Source: Podarcis muralis
Lineage: Eukaryota
Length of the DNA: 64,000 nt
Reading direction: 5' to 3'
Assembly (NCBI RefSeq): GCF_964188315.1
Contig: NC_135655.1
Location: 68,820,001-68,884,000 of the forward strand
The notes under the pieces are model-generated. The model searched no databases. It saw only the letters and a list, made by a program, of their open reading frames with translations, and was not told the origin of the DNA. The position numbers and the translations under genes were made by a program. This document shows, one piece after another, positions 23,256 through 36,757 of this stretch (its first letter is position 1; each line of letters starts with the position of its first letter).

Positions 23256-24451
23256 GTGAGTATTGAACTCTAAAGCTGCACAGATATATTTAGAGTGACA
23301 ATATCCAGTCAAATCAGTGGCATAGTGAATGTGTGGAGGAAATGGATCCTGACTAGGGATGGCATATAATTTGAGGGTTTCATGATAGTTTACCATGTGC
23401 TATCCAAAGTATGTTTAGTGCAGCACGAAAAAGCTGCTGTAAGTAGAGAACTGAACGGTGAAACTGTCATTATTGAATTCGCCCCTAGATGTGAGTGAAG
23501 AAGATATTAATAGTTTTTAAGGTCTTTTTTTTAACACCAATCAGACTGAATATGGTTTAAAACATTGGTTCTGATTACCAAAGCCTATCGTACAGGCAAT
23601 GTGTTTATTTTCTGCTTCATTTGGCGGGTTTGCACTGGGATATCCTGCTTTCAGTAAGTGCTTAGGACACACTCCTGCATTTTAGTCAGGGAATAGCATG
23701 GAAGTTTCCAAGAAAGGGAGAAAGAAAGAGAAAATGAGACAATGGGATACCATTCAGCATTTTTAATGTTGATGGGGACCATATTGCTCCTGAGCATGTG
23801 TGTTAACTGTACCATGGGAGGTTTATTTCTGGAATTTTTCCCCCCCAAAGAGGTATAGAATTACAAAGGTGATGAAATAGGCTCTTTTACACCAAGAATA
23901 TAATAAATTAGGCTTTCAGTTGCCCCAAGTACATTTGTGCCCCCTTTCCACAATTTAAGTGCTGATTAGGAGTTTGATAAATAATATATATAGGATCTAT
24001 GAAATCAGAGGTTTTAGGTAAGGAAATATATTTTGCACACAGTTATGAGGTGCCTTGCTTGCTAAACAGTTATTTTCTAGGGCACATCCTCATGGCAGCC
24101 ACCTGCGCTCCTGGTTCAGAGCTGTAGGACACAGCTGGAAGCCTGGGAAGTGTCCCTGGAAAAGGCAGGTACCTTCTTCCTCCAGGATATCCTGTGCTGG
24201 CTATACAGGTGGTACAGCCCAGGCTGGTCTTATAGCCATCCCTGTCAGCAGAGTGGGCAGGCTGGGAAGCAGCATGGGTTGCATGCAGCCCCTGGTGCTT
24301 ATGGAGTGTGGGGTTGAACGACTGCATGAGCACATCCAGCCCCCAAGTTAGCGCTATGTGCATATGTATTTGCTATAATGAGATCGAGCTTGGCAAAAAA
24401 CCAAAACAGAGCCAACTCTTTTGTCACACTGGTTTATGCTTCTCATTTCAG

Positions 24452-24467
24452 CACTTCTGAAGCCTGA
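24452..24467 (+). CDS. NRIP3: NRIP3 exon 7, coding part (TSEA-stop)
   Basis: CTCATTTCAG|C ACT TCT GAA GCC TGA gives ...NTSEA*, the NRIP3 C-terminus as I recall it; the phase fits exon 6. Confidence 0.9.
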
Positions 24468-26025
24468 AGAGAATGCACTGCTGGCTTCAGAGAATAAGGC
24501 TTTGTGGTTGAAAGGAGAGTCGGCAATACTGATATCCCCACCTTGCTAGACTGTAGCTAGCTTGTAGCTAAATGAAGGAAGGAGTCTAGGGCAACTTCAG
24601 GCATTCACTCACCATGCCAAGAGTGTGGACAGTGGACTTCTAAAAGCACATCTGAGTCCACTCTTAAAAATGATGTCCTCTTTATGGTCATCTAAATATG
24701 AAAATGTTTCTTTTACATCTTTTTTGTTATGAATGGATTATTGAAATGAATTGCCTCTTGTGAGACTGAAAAAGACAATTTTTATAACTTTTGAACTAAC
24801 TGTATTTAGCTGCAATGAGAGGCTGTGAGAATCAGATTTTTAGAATTATTTTTAAACAGAGAATGATTAATAATTGGACATGATTGGGTTCAAACCAGAG
24901 CTTATTTACAATTAAATAAGTTCATCCAAATGCTCACGTAAGTTGAAGAGAATATATTTTTTCCAAGGGTACTGAAGGTGGTATGATGCAACTATTGTTG
25001 CTTGTATTATTAGATATTTTCCAAATCTCAATATCTCAGAAAAATGTTGTTCTTAATTTCTCATTATGAAATATTGGTGTCAACAGTAAGAAGGTGGAGC
25101 ACAATTTAAATCTATAGAATACTCAGCTTTTCATAATAGCATAAGAAACTGGATTTCCAGATTTTAAACAAATTATCTAGAACCACAGTGTAGCATACAT
25201 AAGAATTTTAATGTCTACTTGTTCAGCATTAATATTTTAGTTTATTTTCTTCAAATTTTGTTGCATAATTTTCTCAGTTGTGATTGTTTTAAACTGTATC
25301 TGTGAGCCTTTTATTAGCCCATAATTCCTGGCAAAAAGATAATATCAGTAGACAAGGACAGACCTCTAAATAGTTACCAACATTTTGGCATAATAATTTT
25401 CATCACTCCTTAAGGCTGGTTATGAGATAATTTTGGAAAAAACCATTTCATTCTTGGTTTAAATATGTATTCATCATCTTAATGCCTAGATACTTGTTGC
25501 CTTTGTATCTCCAAGGCATTCTACAATATATATATTACTAGAATTTCAGGTGTATTTACCTTTATCTTGTAAGCAGCAAACTCACCAAATAATTTAAAAA
25601 CATTGAGTTCTGGACTGATTCTTCAGCATGGTTATTGTTTTATAGTATAAAACCAGATTGAGAAATGAGAGAAAGAGAGAATGAGTGTACTGTATATAAA
25701 AATACACTGTGGGAAACAATGTTGCTATGGCAGCCCCTTCCATTTTCTCTAAAAAAAATGAATATCCGTGTCCTGTCATACTCCCTTTGGGGTCATTCTC
25801 ACTAATGGCATGACTGCTTGATTCCCAAGAAGAGCAATTATCACTCAATATTATCCACCGAACAGGGAATTTTAACACTTACCACCAGAGACAATATTAC
25901 AGTAATGATATATATTCAAGCAGGCTCTCCACTGTTCTAAACATCATATGATGAGCCACAGGGAAAGAAAGAACCACTTCCTCCCTGCTCCTGGGCAGCA
26001 CCTTGTTTCTTTTATTCCCTTAGAG

Positions 26026-26433
26026 CAGGGCAGTCCAACACATGGCCCAGGGGCCGTATGTGACCCTTGAGGCCTTTTTTGGCGGCTCTCAGCAATATTT
26101 AATGACCCCCCCCCCGCCCTTGCAGTGCCCTCACAAAGCTGGCTAAGCAAGGCACTGAGCTTGGGGAGAGAGGCATGAAGACTCCCCCAGCCTCCTTCCC
26201 AAAGCCTAGAAGGAGCTAGGAGGGCTCTAGGTACCTTTCAGAGCCTCATGGTGCCTCCCCAAAGTCCACCTCACTTAGCCAGCTTTGGGAAAGCAGTGTG
26301 AGGGCTGGGGGAGCCTCAGATTTTGGCCAGGCTCCCCCTCCCTGCACATGCGTGCCAAGGCAGTGTGCAGCCCATGGGCTCCATGTTGAATCACTCTTGC
26401 AGCCCACTTGGTATGAAAAGTTGGACTACCCGG
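26026..26433. mobile_element. Non-autonomous hAT element (408 bp)
   Basis: TIRs CAGGGCAGTCCAAC / GTTGGACTACCCGG; exact TSD CCTTAGAG at 26018-26025 and 26434-26441. Confidence 0.85.
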
Positions 26434-28499
26434 CCTTAGAGTCTCATAAGTCAATAATGCTGTATGTTATGACACACTCTTCAGCGAACTATCTGGTTTT
26501 CTCCATTAGGCTGATAATACCACAGACAATTCCTGTCCTATAACTTCTTGGCACTGCTTTCTATAATGGTCTTGAGCTTTTTGCTACCAGCAATAGGTAT
26601 TCTTCAATTGGTTCTGGGTGATACGTTTAGTTGTGCAAATTTACTCAAAAATAAGTGTGTTGTGGCCGCAGTGTGGATTAACAACATGTGTAGCACATAA
26701 TTGTCTGATTGTTTCAACATGCAGTTCAACTTGCACTAGCAGCTACGTTACAAATGTGTTGAACTGCAAACTGAAGTGTGCTCAAGCAATCGTAAAACTT
26801 ATATAGTATGTGCTCAAGTCTGCATATATCTGCTTAACCCATATTCACAACAGGCTAGGGTGGTCTTACTTGTGCACCAATCCATATAAACAAAAATAGC
26901 AAGCAATATATACAGGAAAATGATCTTACACACATGCACTCTCTTCCTTCCTGAGAACATGGGGAGCTGTTTTGTATATAGACACCCCTCTCCCTTGCTC
27001 CTTGTTCAAGCTATTTTCTCTAAGCTTCTGTCCATAGTACACCTCAAGCCACCATACCAAGCTCCCATATATGGAGCTGTGTGGTTAGCTATATGACTAT
27101 ATGATTAGCATCACAGATGTGCTTCTAATTACACCAGTTAATTAAATGCTTTGCAGGAAAGAAGCTTTGGTAGACTTGGGTGTGGGTGGGTGTTGTCAAA
27201 CCATCAGGATGCAATACACACTTAGACACAACAGATCCCTTTTAAAACTTATCTAGTAGACTTTGTACTGAATATGCACTTACATTTTGAAGAACCCTAA
27301 TTAAATTCAATGGAAATAAGTACTGGCATTGAATAAAAAGGGGTAGAGAACCAACGCTTTTAGGCTAGCGTTAGTTTTCAATATTTGATCTGGTTTGGTC
27401 ATTCTGGCAGTGACCACAAAGAATATGCAATGGCTACAACATCTTTAGCACTCCCAAACTAGTATATATATTTTAATAATTTGTAGTTTGGCTTTTTGCA
27501 ATGGGTTTGATAACATCCATGTACAGCGCTGGTGTTGCTCACAGATTTGAAGTGTAAGTGTTTGGATATATTTTTATCTTTCTGTGCATCATTGCCCTCA
27601 ATACTTATATATCTATATTTACAAAACAAAACTTTTATGTGTTTGCGAGGTGAACTGCACTGTGTGTATACCTGCCAACATGTAGTTGAAAAATAAAATA
27701 TATTTGTCTATGCTACTTATGTGGCATTTGGCTACTTTAGTGTTTATTACTGTGATGATTATGAAAATAAATAAAATGTAAAACTTCTATTAAGGTGTTT
27801 TAATTTCTGCTTTATCTTCTCTCATGGTATGTTTTGCCAAATACACACCCTGATCCAATGCTTTCTGGTGCAAATTTGGTAGGCCTTGTGTCCTACATTA
27901 CTAAGGGCAGTCCTAGATTAGTAGCAGTAGTAGTATTTCAATACCATCCTTCATCCAAGAAACACAGGGCAGTTTAAGAGACAAAAATTCATACCATAGT
28001 ATATCTGAATGGCAGTCTGGTCTGAGCCCAGTTAAAAGATAAAGAACCATAACAAGGGAAAGCTGTAGCCTTTAAGTTGCTCTTTAACTTTTAGCACCTG
28101 GGAAGCAGACTGAACAGCTAACCTGCTCACATCTTCCCCACTAAGGTGAAATATATTGCATTTCTATTTATATTTTAGTAATTATCTTCAAATTTAAATA
28201 TATACAAATAAATTAGCATATGTAAAATTTATATTAATCTGCATCATCTTTTGTTCTCTCTTTTTTTTCTTTTTGGTAAAGCCACCCTAAAATATGGAGC
28301 TGCTGTGTAAAGGGTGGCTCTGACTGAGATCAAGTTCTGCAAGTGCAAGTGCAGGGGCTTCTCATTCTTCTAGAACAGATTGCACCCCGTATAGCAGAAT
28401 GTACAGTAATAAAAGTGAATGGGAAATGTATGTGTGTGGAGGGGGGCCATGTTTCAAAAAGCCACTGGAGGGAAAAAAGCAAGTAACAGAAATTATTAG

Positions 28500-28912
28500 T
28501 GCCCCAACAGCTGTGTTTCAGGAAGGTATTTGGATCCCTCTGGTTACATCTGGCCAACAACATGTGACCCCATTGTTAAGGCATTTGCACTGGCTGCTTA
28601 TCTACTACCAAGTCAGGTTCCTGGTCCTTGTATTAATTTTCAAAGGTCCAGACAACTTCAGTCCAGGGTACTGCCAGGGCTGCCTGAAACCTTATATTCC
28701 AGCTCAATCACTGAAATAATCTGCTGGAGCATTCTTGGCCGTTTCCTGAGTTGGCAAGGCTCATTTAACAAGGAACCAAGCTTTTAGGCTCATCAGTCCA
28801 GTATTGTGAAATACTCTACCAACCGAGATTCAGAAGGCATCTTCTATTTCAACTTTCAAATGGCCGCTGAAAACTTTTCTATTCCATCAGGCCTATGCAG
28901 GCAATAAATAAT
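28500..28912 (+). mobile_element. L2-clade LINE 3' fragment
   Basis: Remnant translation HVTPLLRHLHWLLIYYQVRFLVLVLIFKGPDNFSPGY, typical of the L2 ORF2 C-terminus. Confidence 0.75.
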
Positions 28913-31303
28913 ACATATTTATTATAAACAAGTTTCTGGCCTCATGCTGTGGGACCACCAACTCTCAAACATGAAAACCAGACCACAAACATACAGCAGA
29001 GCAAAATACCCACAGATTCAATCAGGTTATCCGAGGCGCATGCTGCAAGGGGAAAGCAAAAGCTATTACTGGGCATTTGTATTGAATGTTAGTATTCTAA
29101 TGTTATTTATTTATTTATTTTATTTACTTAAAAGCGATTTTATCCCACACTTCATCCCAGTAATGATAGGCTACAACCACGTATGCTGCTGCTGTTGTTA
29201 ATAACTAGCAATTTATCTCCTGGTCATTATATATCAGAACATAGTTATCTTTCTATATGAAACATTTTGATGCTGAGTTCCGGGAGACAAATGAGGGGAA
29301 CTTTTGCAGACTTCTTTCCTACCTAATTATGCTCTCAGGGGAGCATGTTGTCCTGGCTTTTATTTATGGCACTGGTATACTAATGGATCTCAGATATTTG
29401 AACATAGCAAGGGCACCTTATTTCATGTTTTTGTCAACATCTAATTGGCTGCCTTATTTTAAAAGGCGTCATGATGAAAGAAGAATGTACATTGCCTGTG
29501 TTCTTCTGTCTTTCTTCTTCTGCGTAATGAGTAGTGCATTGGCCTTTCATCAGCATGAAAGTCTACTGCCATTTCAGAATCCACTTTTTCCATACTGAGG
29601 AGATATTCTACATTTAGGGTTGGGCTTTTTTTAATGGGTATTAAGCATATTGACAATGCTTCCACCTTGAGTCTCTCACATGATACAGTCAGTTATATTT
29701 GTGCCTTTACAGGATCTAGGCTTAACTGCTACAAACAAAAGTCTTTGCTGGACTTGCTTTATTGAGAGAACAATTCAAGCAAAACTGAATTTTAGTGGCT
29801 TAATTCCAGGCCAGTCGATACTGAATATGACAAAGTCATGGCACAATGCCTCACAACCAAGTAGATACTATAGTAGTCTGACATTTACCTCACAAAGAAG
29901 TTGGTCAACATTTTTCCAGTCAACAAGCACCACTTTTGGATATTCTGACAATATATCACCCCTGGCTACTTATCTGCATAAAGGCTTGACAATTTGAGGC
30001 AGCTTTACTGAAGAGCTTCCAGTCCTAGGCACTGCCTCAGGCAGTGCCTTTATTTAGCTTACTCACAGGACCAGCCTTGGGAATTATGAGCACCTTTCAC
30101 TAATTTCAGTCCAACTGTTCTTGACTTGGAGTAAAGGGTAAGTTTGCTATATTTAACTTAAGATTATGCTCCTACCTCTCATTGTGGGTGGTGTGAAATT
30201 CCATAACACTAATAAACCATCTGGATAAGACAGAAGCCACTCTATTAACAAGACTCAAAATGGAAATCTTTTGGGGAAAGAGGGTCCCCCCCCCAAGATT
30301 TCTGGTTTAACACAACATGTCAAAATTACTGGGGTCCATGAGCAGTGTCTGTGTCACCTAGCAACCAATGTTTCTACCAAGTCCATGTGTCCGTTTGAAA
30401 AAAGAACCAGGCTTCTTTGTCATAAGAGGAAGTATTCTTTTCACAGGGCTTTGCAGGTTATTTCAGGCTGGCGTGCTGGGAAAGTGGTGCCTCTATTTAG
30501 AAACCCAATTACAGGAAACACTGTCAGATAACTGCTCTATTAGAAAATCTTTGTGAGAGACCCTGTCCCTCCACTACAGGAGCACATGATAATAGCTCCT
30601 TCAGAAGCCTCTCTGCCCAACTCCAACCAACATTGTTAGTAGAAATGCAATTTTTATGTGGACAAAAGGAAGGTAGGGTTACATAAGAGCCCTGCTGGAT
30701 CAGACGCAGTGCCCATCTACTCCAGCATCCCCATTAAAATTTGGATTTCCCCTTTCTGAACCTTTCCCAGCTGCTTTTTAAGGAGGAGCAACAAGAACTG
30801 TTGCATTTAATAGCAATATAGTCACCGTCCCCAGTTGGTTCAACAATAAATTCATCTTGTTCCTAGTCCTGGACATCACTTAAGATTAAGTCCAGCTTTG
30901 CTGCCCCTCTAGCTGGTTCTGTGACAGTTGGAAGGTCATGCTCCAAGTTTGCTTTCTGGGAAGGAAGTTTGGAAGCCTACACAAGCACATTTGTCAAAAG
31001 AACTTTTATTATAAATGAGGGAAGGAACGTATCTTTTCTCTAGCATACAAGACTGTATCCTTTCCTATAAAATAAACTAACGCCACTTTTTTATATAATA
31101 TGATCATGAGACATCCAGAAATTAGAAAACAATGTAGCTAGATAACAACATTAATCATTCCCAAAATATAATATTGATTGTCCTTGAATCTTCCGGCCAC
31201 ACTTGCCATCCTCTCCTGTCACGCCAGTATGGTGCTCTACAACCTTTGAGAACTAGTGAGTATGGGCTTACCTTTTGCTTATACAATAGGCTCCCTTGGT
31301 AAG

Positions 31304-31639
31304 GGTAAAGGGACCCCTGACCATTGGGTCCAGTCATGGACAATTCTGGGGTTGCGACGCTCATCTCGCTTTACTGGCCGAGGGAGCCGGCATACAGCTT
31401 CCAGGTCATGTGGCCAGCATGACTAAGCCGCTTCTGATGAACCAGAGCAGTGCACGGAAACACCGTTTACCTTCCGCCGGAGCAGTACCTATTTATCTAC
31501 TTGCACTTTGTGCTTTCGAACTGCTAAGTTGGCAGAAGCAGGGAGCAAGCAACGGGAGCGCACCCCGTTGCGGGGATTCGAACCGCCAACCTTCTGATCG
31601 GCAAGCTCAAGAGGCCACAGTGCCACCCGCGTCCCTTGA
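31304..31639 (-). mobile_element. Sauria SINE, full length
   Basis: Diagnostic body; 13-bp TSD CTCCCTTGGTAAG at 31291-31303 and 31640-31652. Confidence 0.92.
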
Positions 31640-32829
31640 CTCCCTTGGTAAGTTTCCTTAATTTATAGCCCTGTCTAACTTTCCTCAGCTGCTACTTCAA
31701 TTAAATCAGGTGGTGGTCCTTTGAAAAACACAAGGAAGTGTGGCTCAGCTACTGGGCTGAGTTTGTACTCAGTTCCAATGAGCAGAACTTTGAATGGAGA
31801 ACTTAGGTCAGTTTAGGCCCCTAGCAATGGGAATGTTTGTCAGGGGAGTGGACAATGGCTGGATTAAACAGGGATTAAAGGGAGGCTGTGGCTAGATGAA
31901 ATGTAAATTGGAAGTTTAAAAAATATTATAGATTTTAACTGATTTTGAAACAGAACCAAAATCAGAGTTTTTAACTTGGGCTGAGACCTATCCTTACTCT
32001 TTGGTTGATAAGTTTAACCAAAGCTTACATGAGTTGAAATGAAGTTTTTGCAAGTGTAAGTTTACCCTCTAGTTTTAAGTTGTAATTCATACTCTAGTTT
32101 TGAACTGTTTTTCAAAGTGAACTGAAAGCTGTTTTTTAAGTTGAACTAATTTTTAATTAATGCTTAAATGTCTGACTTGGATTGAGGCCTAGCCTTATGT
32201 TTTGCCCATTATTATATAAATTTCTGGTTGCTGTTTACTGCAGGCCCTGCACTGGAATTTAGCTCCTAGCTCACAATGCCTCTGCTGTACCCTATTTTAG
32301 CAGATGAAATAAATAAATACATAAATACATAAATAGAATGAATGAATGAAACACTTACCTTCTTGAATGACTTGATTGTTAATTTAATGCTCTGTCATTG
32401 GGGCTTAGATGCTTCATCAGCTGGGGCTCCTTTCTTGCTCACAGAAGTTTTAGTTTACTCCTTGGAATAGAGATAATTATCCATTTTTCAACATAAAATG
32501 ACCTATAGACATATGAGCTAATTAATCTGGCATTTGCAATATCAACTTCATTATTTTTTCATAGCAGTTTTGCACACACTGAGCTAAAGAACTGTTGCAA
32601 AGGAAGCTTGGGAACTCTGTTGTAGCCTGCCGGCTTCTCTCTGCAAGATAAGGTCATAAGGTGTTTGCAATTGTCCCATTCTGTGAGTTCCAATTAGAGT
32701 TAATTACAAACTTGAGGAGCCCTGTGGCATTTTAAAATGAGGCTTCATGAAGATCTTGCAGCCCATGATATGAGCTGATACAGTACAGGTCAATATTCAT
32801 GCAGCACAATCCTATGTACGGTATCTTTA

Positions 32830-33751
32830 CAGTGGTGCCCCGCAAGACGAACGCCTCGCAAGACGGAAAACCCGCTAGACGAAAGGGTTTTCCGTCGCGG
32901 AGGCGCTTCGCAAAACGAATTTCCCTATGGGCTTCCTTCGCAAGACGAAAGCCCATAGGGAAATCTCCGGGACAGCGGGGAAGCGCAGCGCCTCTTCCCC
33001 ACTGTCCTCGGACCTCCTCCCGCCGCCAGGCTTCGGACGGCTGCTCCGAAGCATGGCGGGGGGGGGGGGCGAGAGGTGTTTTAAAAACCCCGGGACAGCG
33101 GGGGACTTCTCCGCTGTCCGGGGCGATTTTAAAATGCTGCCGGGCGGCAGCGCTGACGCTGCCTTTCTCCGCTCTCCTGGGAAGGCAGGCAGGGGGGAGC
33201 AAAGACTTTCGCCCCCCGCCCGCCTTCAGAAGAGGTCCAGGACCTCTTCTGAAGGCGGGCGGGGGGCGAAAGTCTTTGCTCCCCCCCGCCTGCCTTCAAA
33301 AGCCGTCGGGGACAGCGGAGAAACGCGCCGCGTTTCTCCGCTCTCCCGGGAAGGCAGGCAGGGGGGAGCAAAGACTTTTGCCCCCCGCCCGCCTTCAGAA
33401 GAGGTCCAGGACCTCTTCTGAAGGCTGGCAGGGGGCAAAAGTCTTTGCTCCCCCCTGCCTGCCTTCCCGGGGGCTTTTAAATCGCCCCGGGACAGCGGAG
33501 AAGTCCTCCGCTGTCCCGGGGTTTTTTAAAATGCTGGGGGTGGGAAGAAAAGCCCTTCGTCGTCCCCCCCAGCCTTCAGAAGAGGTCGGGGGACAGACTG
33601 TCCCCGGACCTGGTCTGAAGTCGGTTTCCCTAGGAACGCATTAATTGATTTTCAATGCATTCCTATGGGAAACCGTGCTTCGCAAGACGAAAAACTCGCA
33701 AGAAGAAAAAACTTGCGGAACAAATTAATTTCGTCTTGCGAGGCACCACTG
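32830..33751. mobile_element. Tc1/mariner (Tigger/pogo-like) non-autonomous element with internal foldback repeats
   Basis: TA TSDs at 32828-32829 and 33752-33753; TIRs CAGTGGTGCC(C/T)CGCAAGACGAA; CpG-rich palindromic interior; the overlapping ORFs have no transposase motifs. Confidence 0.9.
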
Positions 33752-34349
33752 TACTTGGAAGCAAGTCCACTGTCCTCAGCGGTACATATGCTCAGATCTG
33801 TGTGCAGTGGGTTACAATCTAAGTTAGCCATGAGAGAGGACCTTGTTTTGTTGAGCCACATTTCTGAATTCTTATGAAATAGTTTCCCATATTCATGGAA
33901 GACAATCTTACTTGGCTATGAGTGATCACCAAAGAAAAAGAAAGTAAATACCACTGGAGACCTATGGTGTTTTGTAATATTTGATTTTACTTATAAGCTG
34001 AACACTGGTTGAGATACACAGCATAGAACTCCTGAAAACAGCAGTTACGCTGCCCTGCATCAGATCTCCAGAGGCAGTCTAGCATTCTGAGATGCTTTCA
34101 AACTTCCAGAGCTCAAAACTCACTTTCATTCCCAAGCTGCAATTTCTGTCTCACTATCCCAAAACCCTTTTCTGTTGTTCTGTTAAAACTCACCAGATCT
34201 TGTTTATATAATCCATTGTAGGTGGGGGATGAGATGTGCCACTACTCCTAAACTCTAATGGATTTTCCTATTCAAAACACTCAAGGAAGACCTACCTATT
34301 TCCTAACCATCTTGGGCCATTTGCCTGTAAATTTCCCTAACAAAAGATG

Positions 34350-34730
34350 AGGCTGCAGTGTTTGGCTGCAGCTTCATTAACAAAACCCTACAAAAGGACT
34401 TCAAAACTTTGGATGTTTTGTACATCCCACCATGTTGTATTTCTGGGTGATACCTATGAGCCACAGTTTGACTATCAATTACTCAGTTTGGGAGGTGCTA
34501 CAAAATGCACAGTTCTCATTACAAAACCCTATGAAACAGCTACAAAACTTGGGCACCAGTTTGAAGTGAATCAGACAACGTTGGATTTCTGAGTGTTAAC
34601 TACAAACTGGCCCACTCTGATGTATCAATTACTCAGTTTGGCGGGGGAGTACAAAACTACTTCAAAACTTTGGCACTGGTTTTGGGGGGATCCAAAACTT
34701 CAGGATTTGTAGTTAATGAATTGGCCACTG
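34350..34730. repeat. Degenerate tandem repeat, about 120-150 bp period, about 3 units
   Basis: TATCAATTACTCAGTTTGG at 34473 and 34623; ACAAAAC...CAAAACTT(T/G)GG at 34380, 34521 and 34651. Confidence 0.6.
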
Positions 34731-34810
34731 CCAATTCAAGAACTTTTAAGCAGTCATTCACAGGGTTGGCTTAAGACTTTTTCTTGCCTGAGGCAAAGGA
34801 CACTATTAGA

Positions 34811-34815
34811 GTGCG

Positions 34816-34854
<39 letters not shown>

Positions 34855-34862
34855 CACACACA
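34811..34862 (+). repeat. Compound (GC)n(AC)n microsatellite
   Basis: Read directly. Confidence 0.9.
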
Positions 34863-36369
34863 TTCCATGTATAAAAACAGCCTAAACTGGCAGTTAAATC
34901 TTATTTCAACTCTGGCAATAGGACAGTGTTCTCCAGTAGACTTGAGAGCAGCAAACTAGTTAATGGGGTGACGCAGAGGCACCATCTTCTGAAAATGATT
35001 TGGGGTGGGTGACGTCACACGTGCAACATCGTGAGGAGCCAGGGTGCATAGTCGAACACACAGCCCCCTCCTCCTGCCGTGCAGTGGTTTCAACTTGAAC
35101 AAAATAAGAATCCGGGTGTTCCCGGGCAGCCTCCCCTCTATTCAGTTTGGTCATGCCAATGTAATGCTAGTACTTTATTATCTGCTTCCAGACCCCCCTT
35201 TGTCATATAAATGAAACATTCAAAACACAGATTTAGGAAGCAATCTACATTCCCCTTAAATGTGTTTGTACTCCTAGTCCTGACCCATTTCATACTGTGT
35301 GCCTTCTAGATATATACACCGTGCTGCTTTTTGTAACTGTGTTACTTAAAGCCATAGACATTTCAATTGTGTTTCATTTCAACAAAACATTGGTGATTAA
35401 TTGGAAGAAGAAACACCTTCAGGAGATGAAAGTCTCACTCGGAGTACAGCTGTGAAATGTAATAAAGACACTGGTAGTGGGGACGGGAGCTGTTTTTCTA
35501 ATAGTTGTCATGGAAACACAGAGCAAGTAGGGCATCTGCTATGCTGTCATCATACTCTGGAAAACCTTGTGAGCCTGATGACATAAAATCAATACAGTGA
35601 AAGCTCTTTGGGGACAGTCAGTTTTTGGTGCTCCATCAAGAACCTGGAGGTTAAATAGGGCCTTGGTGCTCATAAGCCTCTGATGCTGGTTAAACTTCAA
35701 AAAGCATCCAGTTGATTACAGTCTATTACAGTTGTTGATGTTGCATTGTTGTTGTTTTTTTAAAAAATAATCTCCCGAAGACCTAATGCAATACTGGGTG
35801 CAGAAGTGTACAATCAGTTTGACTTTGACAATTTCCAGAGGAATACCTTTTGCATCAAAAATAGCAACCTTAAAGACTAACATGTCTATTATGGCTCAAG
35901 TTGTTGTAAACTACAACCCATTTACTCAAACACATGAAATGTTATACTGATGTTGCTATCCTAGTTGCATGATCATATGAGTGTGTGTTTTTTTGGGGGG
36001 GGGAGACAGAAATGGTATAATGTGAGGTCAAAGGAAAACAAAATGCAGAAAAGTACAGTCAGGAATAATTACATGCTGAAGACAGTTCTTGATTACTTGA
36101 ACACCCCAGCACTAATAAGACAATTAACACATGCTAAAAATACTTTGATTTTGGTTTCTTTACCTGTTTCTTGGATGTATATCTAGCGACCTCTTCAGGT
36201 CAACATCCCAAAAGCAAACTATAGCAGAACCAAATTTGACAATCTGACAAGTGGTGCTCATTTTCCTCTTCAGCCTGAGAAAAAGCAGTTAAAGAGAAGA
36301 GAAGCATAAATAAGATTCCATTATTAATTTCTATAGCTGCTCAAGAGTGCTAACTTTTTTCTGTCCTTA

Positions 36370-36729
36370 AAAGGTAAAGGGACACCTGACCGTTAAGTCC
36401 AGTTGTGGACGACTCTAGGGTTGCGGCGCTCATCTTGCTTTACTGGCCGAGGGAGCCAGTGTTTGTCCACAGTCAGCTTCTGCGTCATGTGGCCAGCATG
36501 ACAAAGCCGCTTCTGGCGAAGCAGAGCAGCGCATGGAAATGCCGTTTACCTTCCCGCCAGAGATGTACCTATTTATCTACTTGCACTTTGACATGCTTTC
36601 AAACTGCTAGGTTGGCGGGAGCAGGGAGCGAGCAACGGGAGCTCACCCCATTGTGGGAATTCAAACCACCGGCCTTCTGATTGGCAAGCCTTAGGCTCTG
36701 TGGTTTAGACCACAGTGCCACCCGCGTCC
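36370..36729 (-). mobile_element. Sauria SINE, full length
   Basis: AAAGGTAAAGGGAC tail to CCACCCGCGTCC head; GTCCTTA duplicated at both ends. Confidence 0.92.
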
Positions 36730-36757
36730 TTACTGACCCGCGACCACACTGACCCGT

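Noticed and set aside
29459-29990. Protein-like minus-strand segments (GDILSEYPKVVLVDWKNVDQLLCE; EYLLSMEKVDSEMAVDFHADERP) as exons of a hidden gene
   Set aside because: Their splice phases are incompatible, the acceptors are weak, and I recognise no homology.
33181-33521. Repeat-spacer pattern as a CRISPR-like array
   Set aside because: Eukaryotic context; the units are inverted-repeat modules inside a TA-flanked transposon, with no unique spacers.
32732-33644. Overlapping ORFs up to 281 aa
   Set aside because: They come from the GC-rich palindromic MITE interior; no DDE/DDD or HTH motif.
35401-35586. ORF LEEETPSGDESLTRSTAVKC... as a coding exon
   Set aside because: No convincing acceptor, non-ATG start, no homology.
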